Shown: one piece after another, positions 1 through 12,335 of the stretch
Layout of the letters: each line of letters opens with the position of its first letter
Position numbering within the stretch: position 1 is the stretch's first letter
Source of the DNA: Escherichia coli
GTDB taxonomy: Bacteria > Pseudomonadota > Gammaproteobacteria > Enterobacterales > Enterobacteriaceae
Assembly: GCF_050920415.1 (NCBI RefSeq)
Contig: NZ_CP169309.1
Length of the DNA: 64,000 bases
Direction: 5' to 3' (one strand)
Position numbers and translations under genes: made by a program
Notes under the pieces: model-generated
What the model was told of the DNA's origin: nothing
Database searches by the model: none
The model's input: the letters and a program-made list of their open reading frames with translations, nothing else

Positions 1-753
1 TAAACCGGCTTCCGTGGTGGTTTGGGGTTTATATTCACACCCAACCCAACCGTTGTAGTCAGAATTTTCAATTACCGTAAAGAGATACTCATAATTAATT
101 TCTCCGGTTCCCGGTTCGCCGCGATGCGGATTATCGGCAATTTGCAGGTGGCCAATTTTATCGGCCCATTGAGTCATAGTGTTGGTTAATTCACCTTCCA
201 TCCGCTGCATATGATAAATGTCATACTGAATTTTCAAATTGCAGCAACCAACATCATCAATCAATTTCAGCGCCTGTTGAGTTCCGGTGAGATAGAAACC
301 AGGAATATCAAAATGGTTAATAGGTTCAATCAGTAATAAAATATCTTCTTTCATCAGCATATTCGCGGCATAACGCAGGTTTTCTACAAGCGTTGCGTGA
401 ATCTGTTCACTGCTGAAACCAGCCGGCGTTTTACCGACCAGACAGTTGATTTTTTTATTACCCAGCGCACGAGCATAACGAATCGCTGCTGCTACGCCAT
501 CCCGAAACTCTTCTTCACGGCCAGGAATACAAGCAATACCGCGCTCCCCCGCCGCCCAGTCACCCGCCGGTAAATTGTGCAGAGTATGTTCGAGTTTATT
601 ACTCGCCAGCACCTGTTTTAATTCTTCAATGTCGTAGTCATAAGGAAACATAAATTCAACGCCGCGAAAACCACACTGCGCTGCTTTCTCAAAACGGGCG
701 AGAAAATCATATTCACCAAATAACATCGATAAATTCGCAGAGAAACGTAACAT
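1..753 (-). CDS. hyi: hydroxypyruvate isomerase, partial (3' end runs off the window start)
   Basis: Minus-strand translation from the ATG at 751-753 reads MLRFSANLSMLFGEYDFLARFEKAAQCGFRGVEF..., matching my recollection of E. coli Hyi; lies immediately downstream of gcl as in the gcl-hyi operon. Confidence 0.85.
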   Translation of the reverse strand, partial: MLRFSANLSMLFGEYDFLARFEKAAQCGFRGVEFMFPYDYDIEELKQVLASNKLEHTLHNLPAGDWAAGERGIACIPGREEEFRDGVAAAIRYARALGNKKINCLVGKTPAGFSSEQIHATLVENLRYAANMLMKEDILLLIEPINHFDIPGFYLTGTQQALKLIDDVGCCNLKIQYDIYHMQRMEGELTNTMTQWADKIGHLQIADNPHRGEPGTGEINYEYLFTVIENSDYNGWVGCEYKPQTTTEAGL

Positions 754-765
754 TATTTATCTCCC

Positions 766-2547
766 TTATTCATAGTGCATGAAGCAGGTTTCAGTCGGTG
801 CATCCACTGCGTTATCGGCGATATCTTCAAATTCCATGACATTATCCAGTTCGCTGCCCATCGAAATATTGGTCACACGTTCGAGAATAACTTCCACAAC
901 TACCGGAACACGGTATTGATTCATTAATGCTTTCGCCTGTTCAAATGCCGGAGCAATATCTTCCGGTTTGAAAACACGAATCGCTTTACAACCTAAACCT
1001 TCCGCTACTTTTACGTGGTCTACGCCGTAACCGTTCACTTCGCTGGAGTTAATATTTTCGAATGCGAGCTGTACGCAGTAATCCATATCAAAGGCGCGTT
1101 GCGACTGACGAATCAGACCCAGATAGGCGTTATTCACCAGCACATGGATGTACGGAATGTTGAACTGTGCGCCAACGGCTAATTCTTCAATCAGGAACTG
1201 GAAGTCGAAGTCACCGGAAATCGCCACCACATTGCGCTCTGGATCAGCGGCACACACGCCCAGCGCTGCCGGAATGGTCCAGCCCAACGGGCCTGCCTGC
1301 CCACAGTTGATCCAGTGGCGGTCTTTAAAGACATGCAGCATTTGTGCCGCAGCGATTTGTGACAGACCAATGGTGGTGACATAACAAACATCGCGACCAA
1401 AGGCTTTGTTCATCTCTTCATACACGCGCTGCGGTTTCACCGGCACATTGTCGAAGTGGGTTTTGCGCAGCAAAGTGCGTTTGCGCTGCTGGCAGTCGGC
1501 GACCCATTCTTTACGACACGGCAGACGACCCGCTTTTTGCATCTCCTGCGCCACTTCAACCAGTAAAGTCAGGGCAGCTTTAGCATCAGAGACAATCCCC
1601 AGATCCGGGCACAGCACGCGGCCAATTTGCGTCGGCTCAATATCGATATGGACGATTTTGCGCCCTTCGGTGTATTTCTCTACCGAACCGGTATGACGAT
1701 TGGCGAAACGGTTACCGATACCAAACACCAGGTCGGACGCCAGCAGCGTTGCGTTACCGTAACGATGCGCGGTTTGCAGACCCACCATCCCGGCCATCAG
1801 TTCATGATCGTCCGGGATACAGCCCCAGCCCATCAGCGTTGGGATCACCGGAACGCTGGTCAGTTCAGCAAACTGTTGTAACAGTGCAGCTGCGTCAGCA
1901 TTGATGACCCCGCCCCCAGCAACAATCACCGGACGTTCAGCCTGGATTAACATTTCGACCGCTTTTTCAATCTGCATACGGCTGGCAGCAGGTTTATAGA
2001 CCGGCAGCGGTTCGTACATGTCAGGATCAAACTCGATTTCCGCCACCTGAACGTCGAACGGTAAATCCACCAGTACCGGACCCGGACGACCAGAACGCAT
2101 CAGGTGAAATGCCTGTTGCAGCACGCGAGGCACCAGCGCCGCTTCACGAACTGTAACCGCCATTTTGCTGACCGGTTTAGCGATAGCTTCGATATCTACG
2201 GCCTGAAAATCTTCTTTATGCAGACGGGCGCGCGGTGCCTGGCCGGTAATGCACAGAATAGGAATGGAATCAGCAGAAGCAGAATAGAGCGCGGTGATCA
2301 TGTCCGTGCCCGCAGGACCGGAAGTCCCCAGACATACGCCGATATTCCCTGCCGTTGCGCGGGTATAACCTTCCGCCATGTGCGAAGCACCTTCCACATG
2401 ACGCGCCAGAATGTGACGAATACCGCCGTGCTTACGCATCGCTGAGTAGAACGGATTGATTGCAGCCCCCGGAACGCCGAAGGCGGTGGTAATACCTTCT
2501 TTCTCCAGCACATACATTGCCGCGTCAACGGCTCTCATTTTTGCCAT
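766..2547 (-). CDS. gcl: glyoxylate carboligase (tartronate-semialdehyde synthase), TPP-dependent
   Basis: ORF track 766..2637; protein from internal start [34 protein letters not shown] gives the 593-aa length I recall for Gcl; start trimmed to 2547. Confidence 0.92.
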   Translation of the reverse strand: MAKMRAVDAAMYVLEKEGITTAFGVPGAAINPFYSAMRKHGGIRHILARHVEGASHMAEGYTRATAGNIGVCLGTSGPAGTDMITALYSASADSIPILCITGQAPRARLHKEDFQAVDIEAIAKPVSKMAVTVREAALVPRVLQQAFHLMRSGRPGPVLVDLPFDVQVAEIEFDPDMYEPLPVYKPAASRMQIEKAVEMLIQAERPVIVAGGGVINADAAALLQQFAELTSVPVIPTLMGWGCIPDDHELMAGMVGLQTAHRYGNATLLASDLVFGIGNRFANRHTGSVEKYTEGRKIVHIDIEPTQIGRVLCPDLGIVSDAKAALTLLVEVAQEMQKAGRLPCRKEWVADCQQRKRTLLRKTHFDNVPVKPQRVYEEMNKAFGRDVCYVTTIGLSQIAAAQMLHVFKDRHWINCGQAGPLGWTIPAALGVCAADPERNVVAISGDFDFQFLIEELAVGAQFNIPYIHVLVNNAYLGLIRQSQRAFDMDYCVQLAFENINSSEVNGYGVDHVKVAEGLGCKAIRVFKPEDIAPAFEQAKALMNQYRVPVVVEVILERVTNISMGSELDNVMEFEDIADNAVDAPTETCFMHYE

Positions 2548-2567
2548 TTTATTCCTACCTCTATTAA

Positions 2568-2584
2568 TTGGAAAAATTTTCCAA
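2568..2584. promoter_or_regulatory. putative AllR operator upstream of gcl (palindrome TTGGAAAAATTTTCCAA)
   Basis: Perfect 17-bp palindrome seen directly in sequence about 20 bp upstream of the gcl start; a near-identical palindrome is in the allS-allA intergenic region. Confidence 0.6.
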
Positions 2585-2598
2585 CTTTCAAATTTTGT

Positions 2599-2624
2599 CA
2601 AAAAAACCCGCTCCGCAGAGCGGG
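2599..2624 (-). terminator. intrinsic terminator downstream of allR
   Basis: GC stem CCCGCTC/GAGCGGG followed on the minus strand by a run of 7 T, just after the allR stop codon. Confidence 0.65.
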
Positions 2625-2636
2625 ATGCGACAGACA

Positions 2637-3452
2637 CTATGGATGTGCTTTCAGTCCCAACGCCGTGCTGATATCGCGGGCGGTGTCTCTGACCAGCTCA
2701 CCCTGACTGACAAAACGATCTTCTGTCAGTCTTGATGAAGGCCCGGAGATGGAGATAGCGGCAACAACGCTACCTACATCATCGTAAATTGCTGAAGCTA
2801 TGCAATTCAGACCTACAACATGCTCTTCTTTATCTACGGTATAGCCCAGTTCACGCGCTTGTTCCAGGTCCTTCAGCAAGGTGGGCATATCCACAAGCGT
2901 AGTTGGCGTAAACTGCTGCAAACCGGTTTGCAGAATGATGCTCATCAACTCCTCTTCCGCCAGCGGATAAAGCAGCGCTTTGCCCGCACCGGAAGCATGC
3001 AGCGGCAGACGACTGCCCAGCGGCGCACACATCCTGACCATCGATTTACACTCTAATTGACCAATTAATACTGCTTCATTGCCGTTACGAATCGCGACAT
3101 TGACCGTTTCGCCGGAAAGTAACATCAGGCGGCGCATAAATGGCCCAGCGACGGAGAGGACATCGCGGTTATGGATGTACGCCGCACCGACGTTAAAGAC
3201 ACCTAATCCTATATGCCACCAGCCTAACTGACTGTCCTGATAGACAAAATCCGCTGCCTGTAAAACCTTCAGCAAGCGAAAGGTCGTGGAGAGCGGCAAA
3301 TCCAGATTGAGAGAAATATCGCTAACCGACGAACTTCCCCCACTTTTTTCCAGATATTGCAGAATCGCAATTCCCCGCTCTAACGCCTGTGCGCCCTTTT
3401 GTGCCACAGGCTCCGCCTGTCCTGGCCTGCCGCGCCGTCTAACTTCCGTCAT
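2637..3452 (-). CDS. allR: IclR-family repressor of the allantoin regulon
   Basis: 271-aa ORF with N-terminal HTH and IclR-type effector domain; position between gcl and allA. Confidence 0.9.
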
Positions 3453-3529
3453 ACCTACGTTAACTCCGACCTACAAGTGAGCATAAACAATGAACAATTA
3501 GTTTATCTTATGCAAGTCGGTTGCAGGCG

Positions 3530-4012
3530 TCACGCAAAACAGAGTTCCTGTTCAGGAATACTTTCAACATCACAGTTGTCACTGCCGCCGCGATCGATGG
3601 TCAGAAAATCGGTGACGCGCTGCCAGGCGAAAAGTGGGTGATGCCAGACGTTACGATGGTAATTCACTCCCTGTTCACCGTTGGTAATAAACGCCCGCAG
3701 GGTTGACAGGTCTGGTTTGTCGTCACCTAACGCCACGACCACCACAAACACTTCCCCTTTCATCGGAATAAAGGCCTGAGTGCCCAGCGGATGACGTTCG
3801 AGTTCGTGAATGGTCAGCGGCAGATTCGCCGGTTGCGCGCGGTTAATGCTGATAAGCGTACGGTCTTGCTCAAGAATCTCAACCAGCGCCAAATCGTGGT
3901 AACGCTCCACCAGGCCATTGTTAATATGGAAAAAATCCCGTTGCTGCGTTTCGATTACGTCGCCATAAGCACTAAAGGCTTCCTGACTTAACGGTAATAC
4001 CTGAAGTTTCAT
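3530..4012 (-). CDS. allA: ureidoglycolate lyase
   Basis: 160-aa [24 protein letters not shown]...; conserved neighbourhood with allR and allS. Confidence 0.88.
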
Positions 4013-4116
4013 CTTTTTGTCCTTGTAACATAATTCCGTTCAACCACCGCCGACCGGTCAATGTGGTTCAATAACAGGCAATCTAAAACCTTAAGAGAAC
4101 AACATCAATACAAATG

Positions 4117-4133
4117 TTGGAATATTTTTCCAA
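4117..4133. promoter_or_regulatory. putative AllR operator in the divergent allA-allS intergenic region (TTGGAATATTTTTCCAA)
   Basis: 17-bp inverted repeat seen in sequence, near-identical to the site upstream of gcl. Confidence 0.6.
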
Positions 4134-4240
4134 AACTAGATTTAGTCCACAAATCACACAGGGTTATCATGTAAAAATACTGATAAATCAGAGGATAAGA
4201 AAATCACGCAACTTGCGGATTTAAAAGGGGATACCTGAAG

Positions 4241-5167
4241 ATGTTCGATCCAGAAACCTTGCGGACTTTCATTGCGGTTGCTGAAACAGGAAGTTTTTCA
4301 AAAGCGGCAGAACGATTATGTAAAACCACGGCGACGATCAGTTATCGCATTAAACTTCTGGAAGAGAATACCGGAGTGGCGCTGTTTTTCCGCACGACTC
4401 GCAGCGTGACGTTGACAGCGGCTGGCGAGCATCTACTTTCTCAGGCCAGAGACTGGCTGAGCTGGCTGGAAAGTATGCCCAGCGAGCTGCAACAGGTGAA
4501 TGATGGCGTGGAACGCCAGGTGAATATTGTCATCAACAACCTGCTCTACAACCCCCAGGCCGTCGCCCAGCTGCTGGCGTGGCTGAATGAACGTTACCCC
4601 TTTACCCAGTTTCACATCTCCCGACAAATCTATATGGGCGTCTGGGACTCGCTATTGTACGAAGGTTTTTCACTGGCTATCGGCGTCACGGGAACCGAGG
4701 CGCTGGCAAATACCTTTAGTCTTGATCCCTTAGGATCGGTGCAATGGCGCTTTGTCATGGCGGCGGATCATCCGCTGGCGAAAGTTGAAGAGCCGCTAAC
4801 AGAAGCGCAGTTGCGGCGCTTTCCGGCGGTTAATATTGAAGACAGCGCCCGCACCTTAACCAAGCGCGTCGCCTGGCGTTTGCCGGGGCAAAAAGAGATT
4901 ATTGTTCCCGATATGGAAACGAAAATCGCCGCCCATCTGGCGGGCGTTGGCATTGGTTTTTTGCCAAAATCACTTTGCCAGTCAATGATCGATAATCAAC
5001 AATTGATCTGCCGGGTAATCCCAACGATGCGCCCTCCTTCGCCATTGAGTCTGGCATGGCGCAAATTTGGCAGCGGCAAAGCGGTAGAAGATATTGTGGC
5101 CTTGTTTACCCAGCGCAGGCCGGAAATCAGCGGATTTTTAGAAATTTTCGGCAACCCACGCAGTTAA
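4241..5167 (+). CDS. allS: LysR-type transcriptional activator of allantoin catabolism
   Basis: 308-aa ORF with N-terminal LysR HTH ([20 protein letters not shown]) and LysR substrate-binding domain; divergent from allA. Confidence 0.88.
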   Translation: MFDPETLRTFIAVAETGSFSKAAERLCKTTATISYRIKLLEENTGVALFFRTTRSVTLTAAGEHLLSQARDWLSWLESMPSELQQVNDGVERQVNIVINNLLYNPQAVAQLLAWLNERYPFTQFHISRQIYMGVWDSLLYEGFSLAIGVTGTEALANTFSLDPLGSVQWRFVMAADHPLAKVEEPLTEAQLRRFPAVNIEDSARTLTKRVAWRLPGQKEIIVPDMETKIAAHLAGVGIGFLPKSLCQSMIDNQQLICRVIPTMRPPSPLSLAWRKFGSGKAVEDIVALFTQRRPEISGFLEIFGNPRS

Positions 5168-5220
5168 AAATCAAGTTTCCTTGCGCGTTGGCGCGTAAAA
5201 TAGCGTGCAAGCTGATTTGA

Positions 5221-6330
<1,110 letters not shown>

Positions 6331-6364
6331 TGAGGGACACGGTGCCTGTTTCATAAAGATCATT

Positions 6365-6783
6365 TATACCCGTCATACTTCAAGTTGCATATGCGTTGGC
6401 AAGTTATTCAGGGATAGCCGGATGAGTGACATCACCATCCGGCTTAAGATTCCATACTATAATAATTCGAGTTGCAGGACAAAACGCCAGTGGCGTTTTG
6501 AACAACGCTTGCGTTGACCCTGAAAGGGTGAGGCCTAAGGCCGAGTAACGCGACAGGCGAGTGACAAATTCGTCGGGAACGAATTTGACCAGCCTCTGGC
6601 TGGCCTTCGGTGAAAGGCATCCTGCCTTTCAGTCATCCCCAGTCACTTACTGGGGTGAGCGACAAATCCGCATGGAGCGGATTTGAACGCTGCTTGCAGC
6701 GGTCCCGTAAGGGGTGAGGCCCATGGATGGGCCGAATAACTCGCAGACGCAGCACATGCAACTTGAAGTATGATGGGTATATA
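6365..6783. repeat. composite ERIC/IRU-like intergenic repeat with terminal inverted repeats and an embedded REP-like hairpin
   Basis: About 30-bp terminal inverted repeats (TACCCGTCATACTTCAAGTTGCATATGCG at 6365-6395, reverse complement at 6747-6783); internal ACTGGGGTGAGCG and GCAACTTGAAGTATGA match the ERIC consensus as I recall it; hairpin GCCGGATGAGTGACATCACCATCCGGC at 6418-6444. Confidence 0.5.
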
Positions 6784-6939
6784 CACAATGAACTTCAAGA
6801 CACTTGCTTCGGTATCTGGAAATTATCATTAATTCTGGATGCGACCAGCCTTGCTATATCTGGCAATGTTTCTTCAAAAACGTCGATATTGTATCCCAGA
6901 AATCTCACACACTGCTGAACCGGCATGTTCATTAATTAT

Positions 6940-7351
6940 TTATCCAGGCCATTTGCAATCAGTACCATCACTATTATATGCCTCAATATTTTCTTCAAAC
7001 TCAGTTATTTTTCCACTTTTCGATTTATAGTAAGAGCTATTAAATCTTGCACCCTGCGTAGCAACAACATACAATCCGTTGACTTTACATCCTATAACCT
7101 CACTCCATGTATATGTAAACTCTGAAGGTCTATCATCGAAAGTCACTTCCAATTTTTTCGTAAATGCAAGAGGTATGAAATTTGAGGATATTCCATAAAC
7201 CACATAACCTAAAACAACATCACCAGAAGATACTTCAACAAATTTTAAATTTATCTTCCCGAAACTAAAACAGCCAACCGTAGTTTGTTATTTAGCAAAT
7301 AAGAAAAAGGGCATCAAACAAAAAATTAAAACAAATAATTTAACTTTCATA
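6940..7351 (-). pseudogene. small secreted-protein gene interrupted by an in-frame TAA after the signal peptide
   Basis: ATG at 7351 encodes MKVKLFVLIFCLMPFFLFAK then TAA; the same frame continues open into ORF 6940..7203 (…VVYGISSNFIPLAF…). Confidence 0.35.
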
Positions 7352-7703
7352 TCATTTACTCCAATTCAGTTATTCGCCTCTGTACAAAAGCACACACAGA
7401 TTTTGAATTAATGGCGTACAAAAACATAATCGGATGAAAATACCACACCGGAATATTACTGATATAGCGGGATCTTACTCATTCGCTAGACTGAAAATGC
7501 AATTGAACAGAAATTTCTTACTAGTGTTTTTATCAGATGATCGGAAAGGAAATCAACTCACTGGCAAGTATCATAAGCTCAAATTGGCATATTGTATATT
7601 CCCATAAATACTTTTATTTTTTGATTAACATACTCAATACTACACATCACTAATTGAGAGAAGATTAACTTCATCATCTTTGATTAGGTACGTTTTTTAA
7701 TTT

Positions 7704-7922
7704 TCAATGACGCATCATAAAAAAGGGCTTACCAAGTTTAACACTAATAACAGGATATAAAGAAAACATATTGCTATATGAATCCTTTGGCGATGTTTTG
7801 GTTATGGTAATCTTTCCTTCTTTCAAGTGCTCTGCTATTATATGAAATTGAATCGGTCTTGTTGCATCACTTACCCGCAATGGATTACCAGCGTAAGCTT
7901 CATATCCTCCACCATTATTCAT
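7704..7922 (-). other. gene fragment in AT-rich debris (open frame extends upstream to 8020 without a start codon)
   Basis: ORF track plus manual frame extension; no start or RBS, low-complexity AT-rich context. Confidence 0.2.
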
Positions 7923-8268
7923 ATGTAAAATAGTGTATTCGTCATTTAAAAATGACTGCTTACTATCGTAGACTTGGTAGTATATATTACTTATATCAAG
8001 ATAAATTACTATAGAGATATACTTAATTTTTCATTTAGCATTAATGATGTATCCATGGAATCTATACATCTTTCAATATCAGTTATTTTTTCTTCTATAT
8101 ACGTAGCATAATTTTTTGGCACTGGCGTGTTTAGCCCTCATATACCCTCATTAACTAAGACACCATTTTGCTTGCTTTTTACATTGTAATAAAGACAATC
8201 AATATTGAATTTATTATTTTTATATTTCAGTGTTGTATATACAGTAAAATCATGCAGCGAACGCCCAT

Positions 8269-8544
8269 CTAAAACAATTGCGGGCGTGTCAGAAAAAAGT
8301 CAAATGAATAAGATGGATTATTTTCATAATCAGTCATAAATTTCATCTTTCTTATTTCATGATCAACGATCGCATAGATCTCATGATTAGATTCATCATA
8401 TCCATAAATGATTTCACCACCAGTACTGGCAGTAGCAGTAGCACTACTACAAATCAACATAATTACAAGTACATATCTAGTCAAGTTGAAAATCCTTAGG
8501 GGCAGATGATGTTTTTTCCAAGATGGATTGAAATTTTTCAACAT
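8269..8544 (-). CDS. hypothetical small protein with hydrophobic N-terminal segment, possibly a degraded or orphan immunity gene
   Basis: ORF track; segment YVLVIMLICSSATATAS resembles a signal peptide; AT-rich context. Confidence 0.25.
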   Translation of the reverse strand: MLKNFNPSWKKHHLPLRIFNLTRYVLVIMLICSSATATASTGGEIIYGYDESNHEIYAIVDHEIRKMKFMTDYENNPSYSFDFFLTRPQLF

Positions 8545-8854
8545 AAGAATCCATTAATTGCTTCTGATATTTTTCATTAATTATTTTTCGCGTATTATTA
8601 TATTAAATTTTATCACTGTTAATATATGTGGGGATTTTTACTCGTAAAAATCCCCGCCTCAATTCCCCAAATCATAATTGATACAGGACACAACTCTAGC
8701 AATGGTATCGTGAATAGTTTTCTTTAATAAGGCACGTCTCAATTCTTGAACATAAATTCGAATTATTTAGTAAAAAAACATCATCCCTGGGAGTATTACC
8801 TATTTTTGTATAATGCTATATTTATAGTAAACAATTCACAAGAAAATATTATTA

Positions 8855-9805
8855 CTAATATTTATATTCCTCCCACTGAGCACCGTATCGATGCTTTAAC
8901 AGTTTAACTTTAATTTCATCATATGTTTTAACTTTACTACCATCAATCTTAAGGCGAATTTTATTCGAGGTGATATCAACATAATTTCTATTTTCCCCAC
9001 CCGCAGGGAAAAAATCAAACATAAAATTAGACATGTTTTGTTCTTTTTTCATGAGAGCTCCATACTCACACATGTCATTTATATTTTGTATGTATGGAGT
9101 GCCCCCCTGACATGATGGATAATGAAAATCAATTATAGTAAAAAGCGATTTATTGACACTCCTCTGAAAGAACCACTTATTATTTACAATACGATAGGTT
9201 AAAGATTTAAATGTATACCAGTGACTTCCTGGAAGAAAAGAGTAAGCTTCATTAAGATTGACAGTAAATACCTTAGTTTCTCCAGAGGAAAGCTTTACCC
9301 ATTCTGATTTTATATCACAATTATCGCCCATACCAAAATAAAGCTCATCATTGGCATCATCCTCAACAAAATCACATATATTGGTTGCGGAAGGACGGAA
9401 TTTCAGATAGAAACCACTTGTGGATATTAAAAAAGAATCCTCACATAAAGGAGAAAAAAAATAAGGCTCCGATGTGTGTGAGGAGATAGGTAATAATCGT
9501 CTATGAATGAAATTTTCGCTACCCCCCAAATTTGTAAAACTTATTTTTGCTAACACACGAGAGTCAATTTGCTTAACGGTTAATCTAACATCAACATCAA
9601 ACATATTACGATTTGGCAATTTTTCCTCGACTCCGTCAGTGTAATGTGATAACTCAAGTATATTGTCCTCAAGAGTCATCGAATTTAATTTTTGTTCGGA
9701 AACATATTGTGCAATAACCTCATCATTGCAGTATCCATGAAATGAAATAAACATTAGCACTGCAATCTTAACTAATCTCAAAATACTTTTCAATATTGTA
9801 TGCAT
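8855..9805 (-). CDS. putative periplasmic immunity protein (paralogue of 11491..12312) for the HExxH effector
   Basis: N-terminal signal-like segment MHTILKSILRLVKIAVLMFISF; shares SFLPGSHWYTFKSLTYRIVNNKWF with [24 protein letters not shown] of the other immunity candidate; start chosen at the internal Met. Confidence 0.5.
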   Translation of the reverse strand: MHTILKSILRLVKIAVLMFISFHGYCNDEVIAQYVSEQKLNSMTLEDNILELSHYTDGVEEKLPNRNMFDVDVRLTVKQIDSRVLAKISFTNLGGSENFIHRRLLPISSHTSEPYFFSPLCEDSFLISTSGFYLKFRPSATNICDFVEDDANDELYFGMGDNCDIKSEWVKLSSGETKVFTVNLNEAYSFLPGSHWYTFKSLTYRIVNNKWFFQRSVNKSLFTIIDFHYPSCQGGTPYIQNINDMCEYGALMKKEQNMSNFMFDFFPAGGENRNYVDITSNKIRLKIDGSKVKTYDEIKVKLLKHRYGAQWEEYKY

Positions 9806-10567
9806 TATTAAAAACCAGCGGGTCATGTTTTGATTTTAATTCTTTTGCATTGGCAATTTCTCTTTTTTTTCCCAAATCGTTACTGCTTAATCCACCATAA
9901 TACTGTTCTCCATCCCAGATAATAAAAAGGTGAGATAACTCATGGCATAATGTGGAGACTCGAGAGTTTTCTCCCGTTGGATTTTTACATGTGAAATTTT
10001 GTAAGATATCTATAGATATTCTTTCTCGATACTCTAACTTTAAAAGTTCAGCCTTCGACTTATTTTTATACTCACTACTTTGGTATTGGGGCCGATTTAG
10101 ATCTATATGAGTCGTCTGAGCAGCCGGTATACGGGCTGAACCATTGACTAAATTGGTATAATTTTTAAAATTGCCATATATTAGTTGTACATTATCTTGC
10201 GTTCGAGTTTCAATGATCAAGCTATCACAAATCATGATCATTCTGTAAACCCCCTCTTTTATAAAAGTATGTGCGTCAATATTCTTGGTTTGTGGAGTGA
10301 AGTTCCCATTATTATCTGACTTTTGACAAGGAGCATAGTGTTCCATTGTTATAATAGCATCACCTGGTAATCCAAATATATCTTCAAAATTTTTCTGATC
10401 TGCTGGTGTCCATGCTTCCAGATTTTTGCTCTGATATTCAATACTCGCTTTGTTTCTTCCAAAGCAGGCGTTATCATGTTGTAAAATTGATCAGTAACCT
10501 TTGCTTCTTTTTTACATATATTGCCTTTTTGAGTTACCCCTTGTGAACTTCCTTTGTTATTATTCAT
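9768..10567 (-). pseudogene. frameshifted paralogue of the vgrG-linked HExxH effector
   Basis: N-terminal part in ORF 10349..10582 (KEAKVTDQFYNMI versus KEQKITDHFKIMI in the intact copy), remainder in a different frame 9768..10346 carrying STLCHELSH and NNAYNIEKYFEI; frames differ at about 10346-10351. Confidence 0.5.
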
Positions 10568-10975
10568 AAACACCTCCCTCAATCATATCTATACTTTGAT
10601 GCAATAGCCTGACTTTTATCGTCAGCTCACTGTCAGTGATAAATATTTCCGTATACCCATCCTTATCCGTTTCCCCTCGCGCTTGTGTGCCGTCCTCAAA
10701 AAAGGCAATGTAGCGTGTTTCTGAATACGGTATCCCGTCATCGTCTGTAAAATGAAACTGGAGGGTGTATTTCTCAGGTTCATCCTTATCTTCATTGTCG
10801 TTCCCAGAATCATTTCCATCGCCACCACCGACCCCGCCATTGCCTTGCCCGCCCTCTGCACCACCATCTTTATCACTACCTTCATCCGTCAGTGCCTCCA
10901 GCACGCCCGGTTGCAGTGTCGGTACCGGAGTCCCCGGACTACCCCCACCATTCAGATTTATCTTCGGCCCCCAGG
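10560..10975 (-). pseudogene. vgrG 3' fragment (C-terminal about 135 codons of a second vgrG allele)
   Basis: Nucleotide-level similarity to the 3' end of the intact vgrG (for example CCGTCCTCAAAAAAGGCAATGTAGCG..TTTCTGAATACGGTATCCCGTCATCGTCTGTAAAATG), breaking off at about 10975 where the H-repeat fragment begins; encodes DEPEKYTLQFHFTDDDGIPYSETRYIAFFEDGTQ. Confidence 0.6.
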
Positions 10976-11340
10976 GAAAGATTACGAAAGCCCGCTCCCC
11001 GCAAGGACTGACGCCAGATACTTTCTGTCCATGGCTGCTTTTCGCATCTTACGTCTTAACCCTGCCTTGAATACCTTATCATTCGTCAAAATATTAATAG
11101 CGATGTGCCGTATCCCTGAAAATAATTCTGCTGCATTTCCTCTTCTTATTTTGCAGTCGTCTTCATTCATTACCACGTCCAGACGCCAGTGCAGCTTATT
11201 CTCCACGTGCCCGTGGTTTCGGATTGCTGTGGCGAACTTCTCTGCGGTTAAATCAGCAGAACTGATATAATATCTGACCGTCATTTCTGGCTCTTTCTTT
11301 TGTTCTGCTATTATGGACCGAAAGGAGACTGCCACGCATA
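10976..11340 (-). mobile_element. H-repeat (ISAs1-family transposase) 3' fragment
   Basis: ORF 10982..11335 encodes ...[71 protein letters not shown]..., which I recognise as the C-terminal third of the Rhs-associated H-repeat protein; no intact transposase. Confidence 0.6.
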
Positions 11341-11490
11341 ATTTCTTCAGCCCTTTCCATTCAAACGTGAAATCAATAAGTTCATCAGGGACATCGCAAA
11401 CAATATGAAGACGGATTTCTTCTCTGCCGTGACTAAAATGCGAATTATTTAGTACAAAAAAAGCGGCGCACCTTGTTCTTTCCCAGATTC

Positions 11491-12312
11491 CTAATATGGC
11501 AACTTTAAGTTATCGCCGTCTATACTTATAGAAATTTCATCAGGGGTGACGTAAATAGAATTTTTTTCATCCTCAATTGCCCATAACTGATTAATAAAAA
11601 AGTGTTTTTTTTCATCTAATAACAAATTATCACATGTAGTAAAATTATTAATATCAAAAAGATCATCAGCACAATTAATTTTTAAATTTAAAAAATAAAG
11701 AAAAATATTATTGATTGATTTGAGTGTAAACCACTTGTCATTAACAAATTTATAGCCAGATGATTTTATAAAATAATAATTATCTCCTGGTATAAAGGCA
11801 TACATATCATTTAAGGTTATACTCAACAAAAAACTACGACCTGGTTTAATAGTATTCCACCGTTCAGGATTCGTATTAATTTCAAAAGGACATGAACCAC
11901 CTAAGTAGTCCAACGTGATATTCCCAGAGTTGATTCTGAATGGTTTTTTGCATATTGCATCATATTCATCTCCTTTTCCATCTTTTACTTTCATAGGTAG
12001 ATAATATTTAGAAAAAAAATACGTGGTAGAGCTTTTGTTAGTAAAGGTTATGTTAGCAAAAATCCTGTTATTTTTTTTACTCATAGCTAATTGAGCATTG
12101 ACATCCGCTATATAATTTATATGATTACATTTTTTCTTACACTCATCATAATTTTCGATAGGATAAATTAATGGCCTTCCTTTGATATCTCTCTCAAGCC
12201 CAAACCCGTATTTTTTTATTAAAACCATTTCATCTGCAGTCGATTGAAAGGAATAGAAAAATATAATATTTACGATTGTCATTATTATGATTTTTTTTAT
12301 AGCTTGCAGCAT
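11491..12312 (-). CDS. putative periplasmic immunity protein for the adjacent HExxH effector
   Basis: 273-aa ORF directly downstream of the effector; signal-peptide-like N-terminus [26 protein letters not shown]; paralogous to 8855..9805. Confidence 0.5.
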   Translation of the reverse strand: MLQAIKKIIIMTIVNIIFFYSFQSTADEMVLIKKYGFGLERDIKGRPLIYPIENYDECKKKCNHINYIADVNAQLAMSKKNNRIFANITFTNKSSTTYFFSKYYLPMKVKDGKGDEYDAICKKPFRINSGNITLDYLGGSCPFEINTNPERWNTIKPGRSFLLSITLNDMYAFIPGDNYYFIKSSGYKFVNDKWFTLKSINNIFLYFLNLKINCADDLFDINNFTTCDNLLLDEKKHFFINQLWAIEDEKNSIYVTPDEISISIDGDNLKLPY

Positions 12313-12335
12313 TAATATATTTCTCGACTTATTAG

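Noticed and set aside
1148-2671. Short ORFs overlapping gcl on both strands (1148..1384, 1191..1400, 1406..1696, 2104..2445 and others)
   Set aside because: Fully embedded in the conserved gcl coding frame; no independent signals.
10752-11270. Plus-strand 172-aa ORF spanning the vgrG fragment and H-repeat fragment, plus 10765..11070
   Set aside because: Crosses the junction of two unrelated remnants on the antisense strand; it cannot be a conserved gene.
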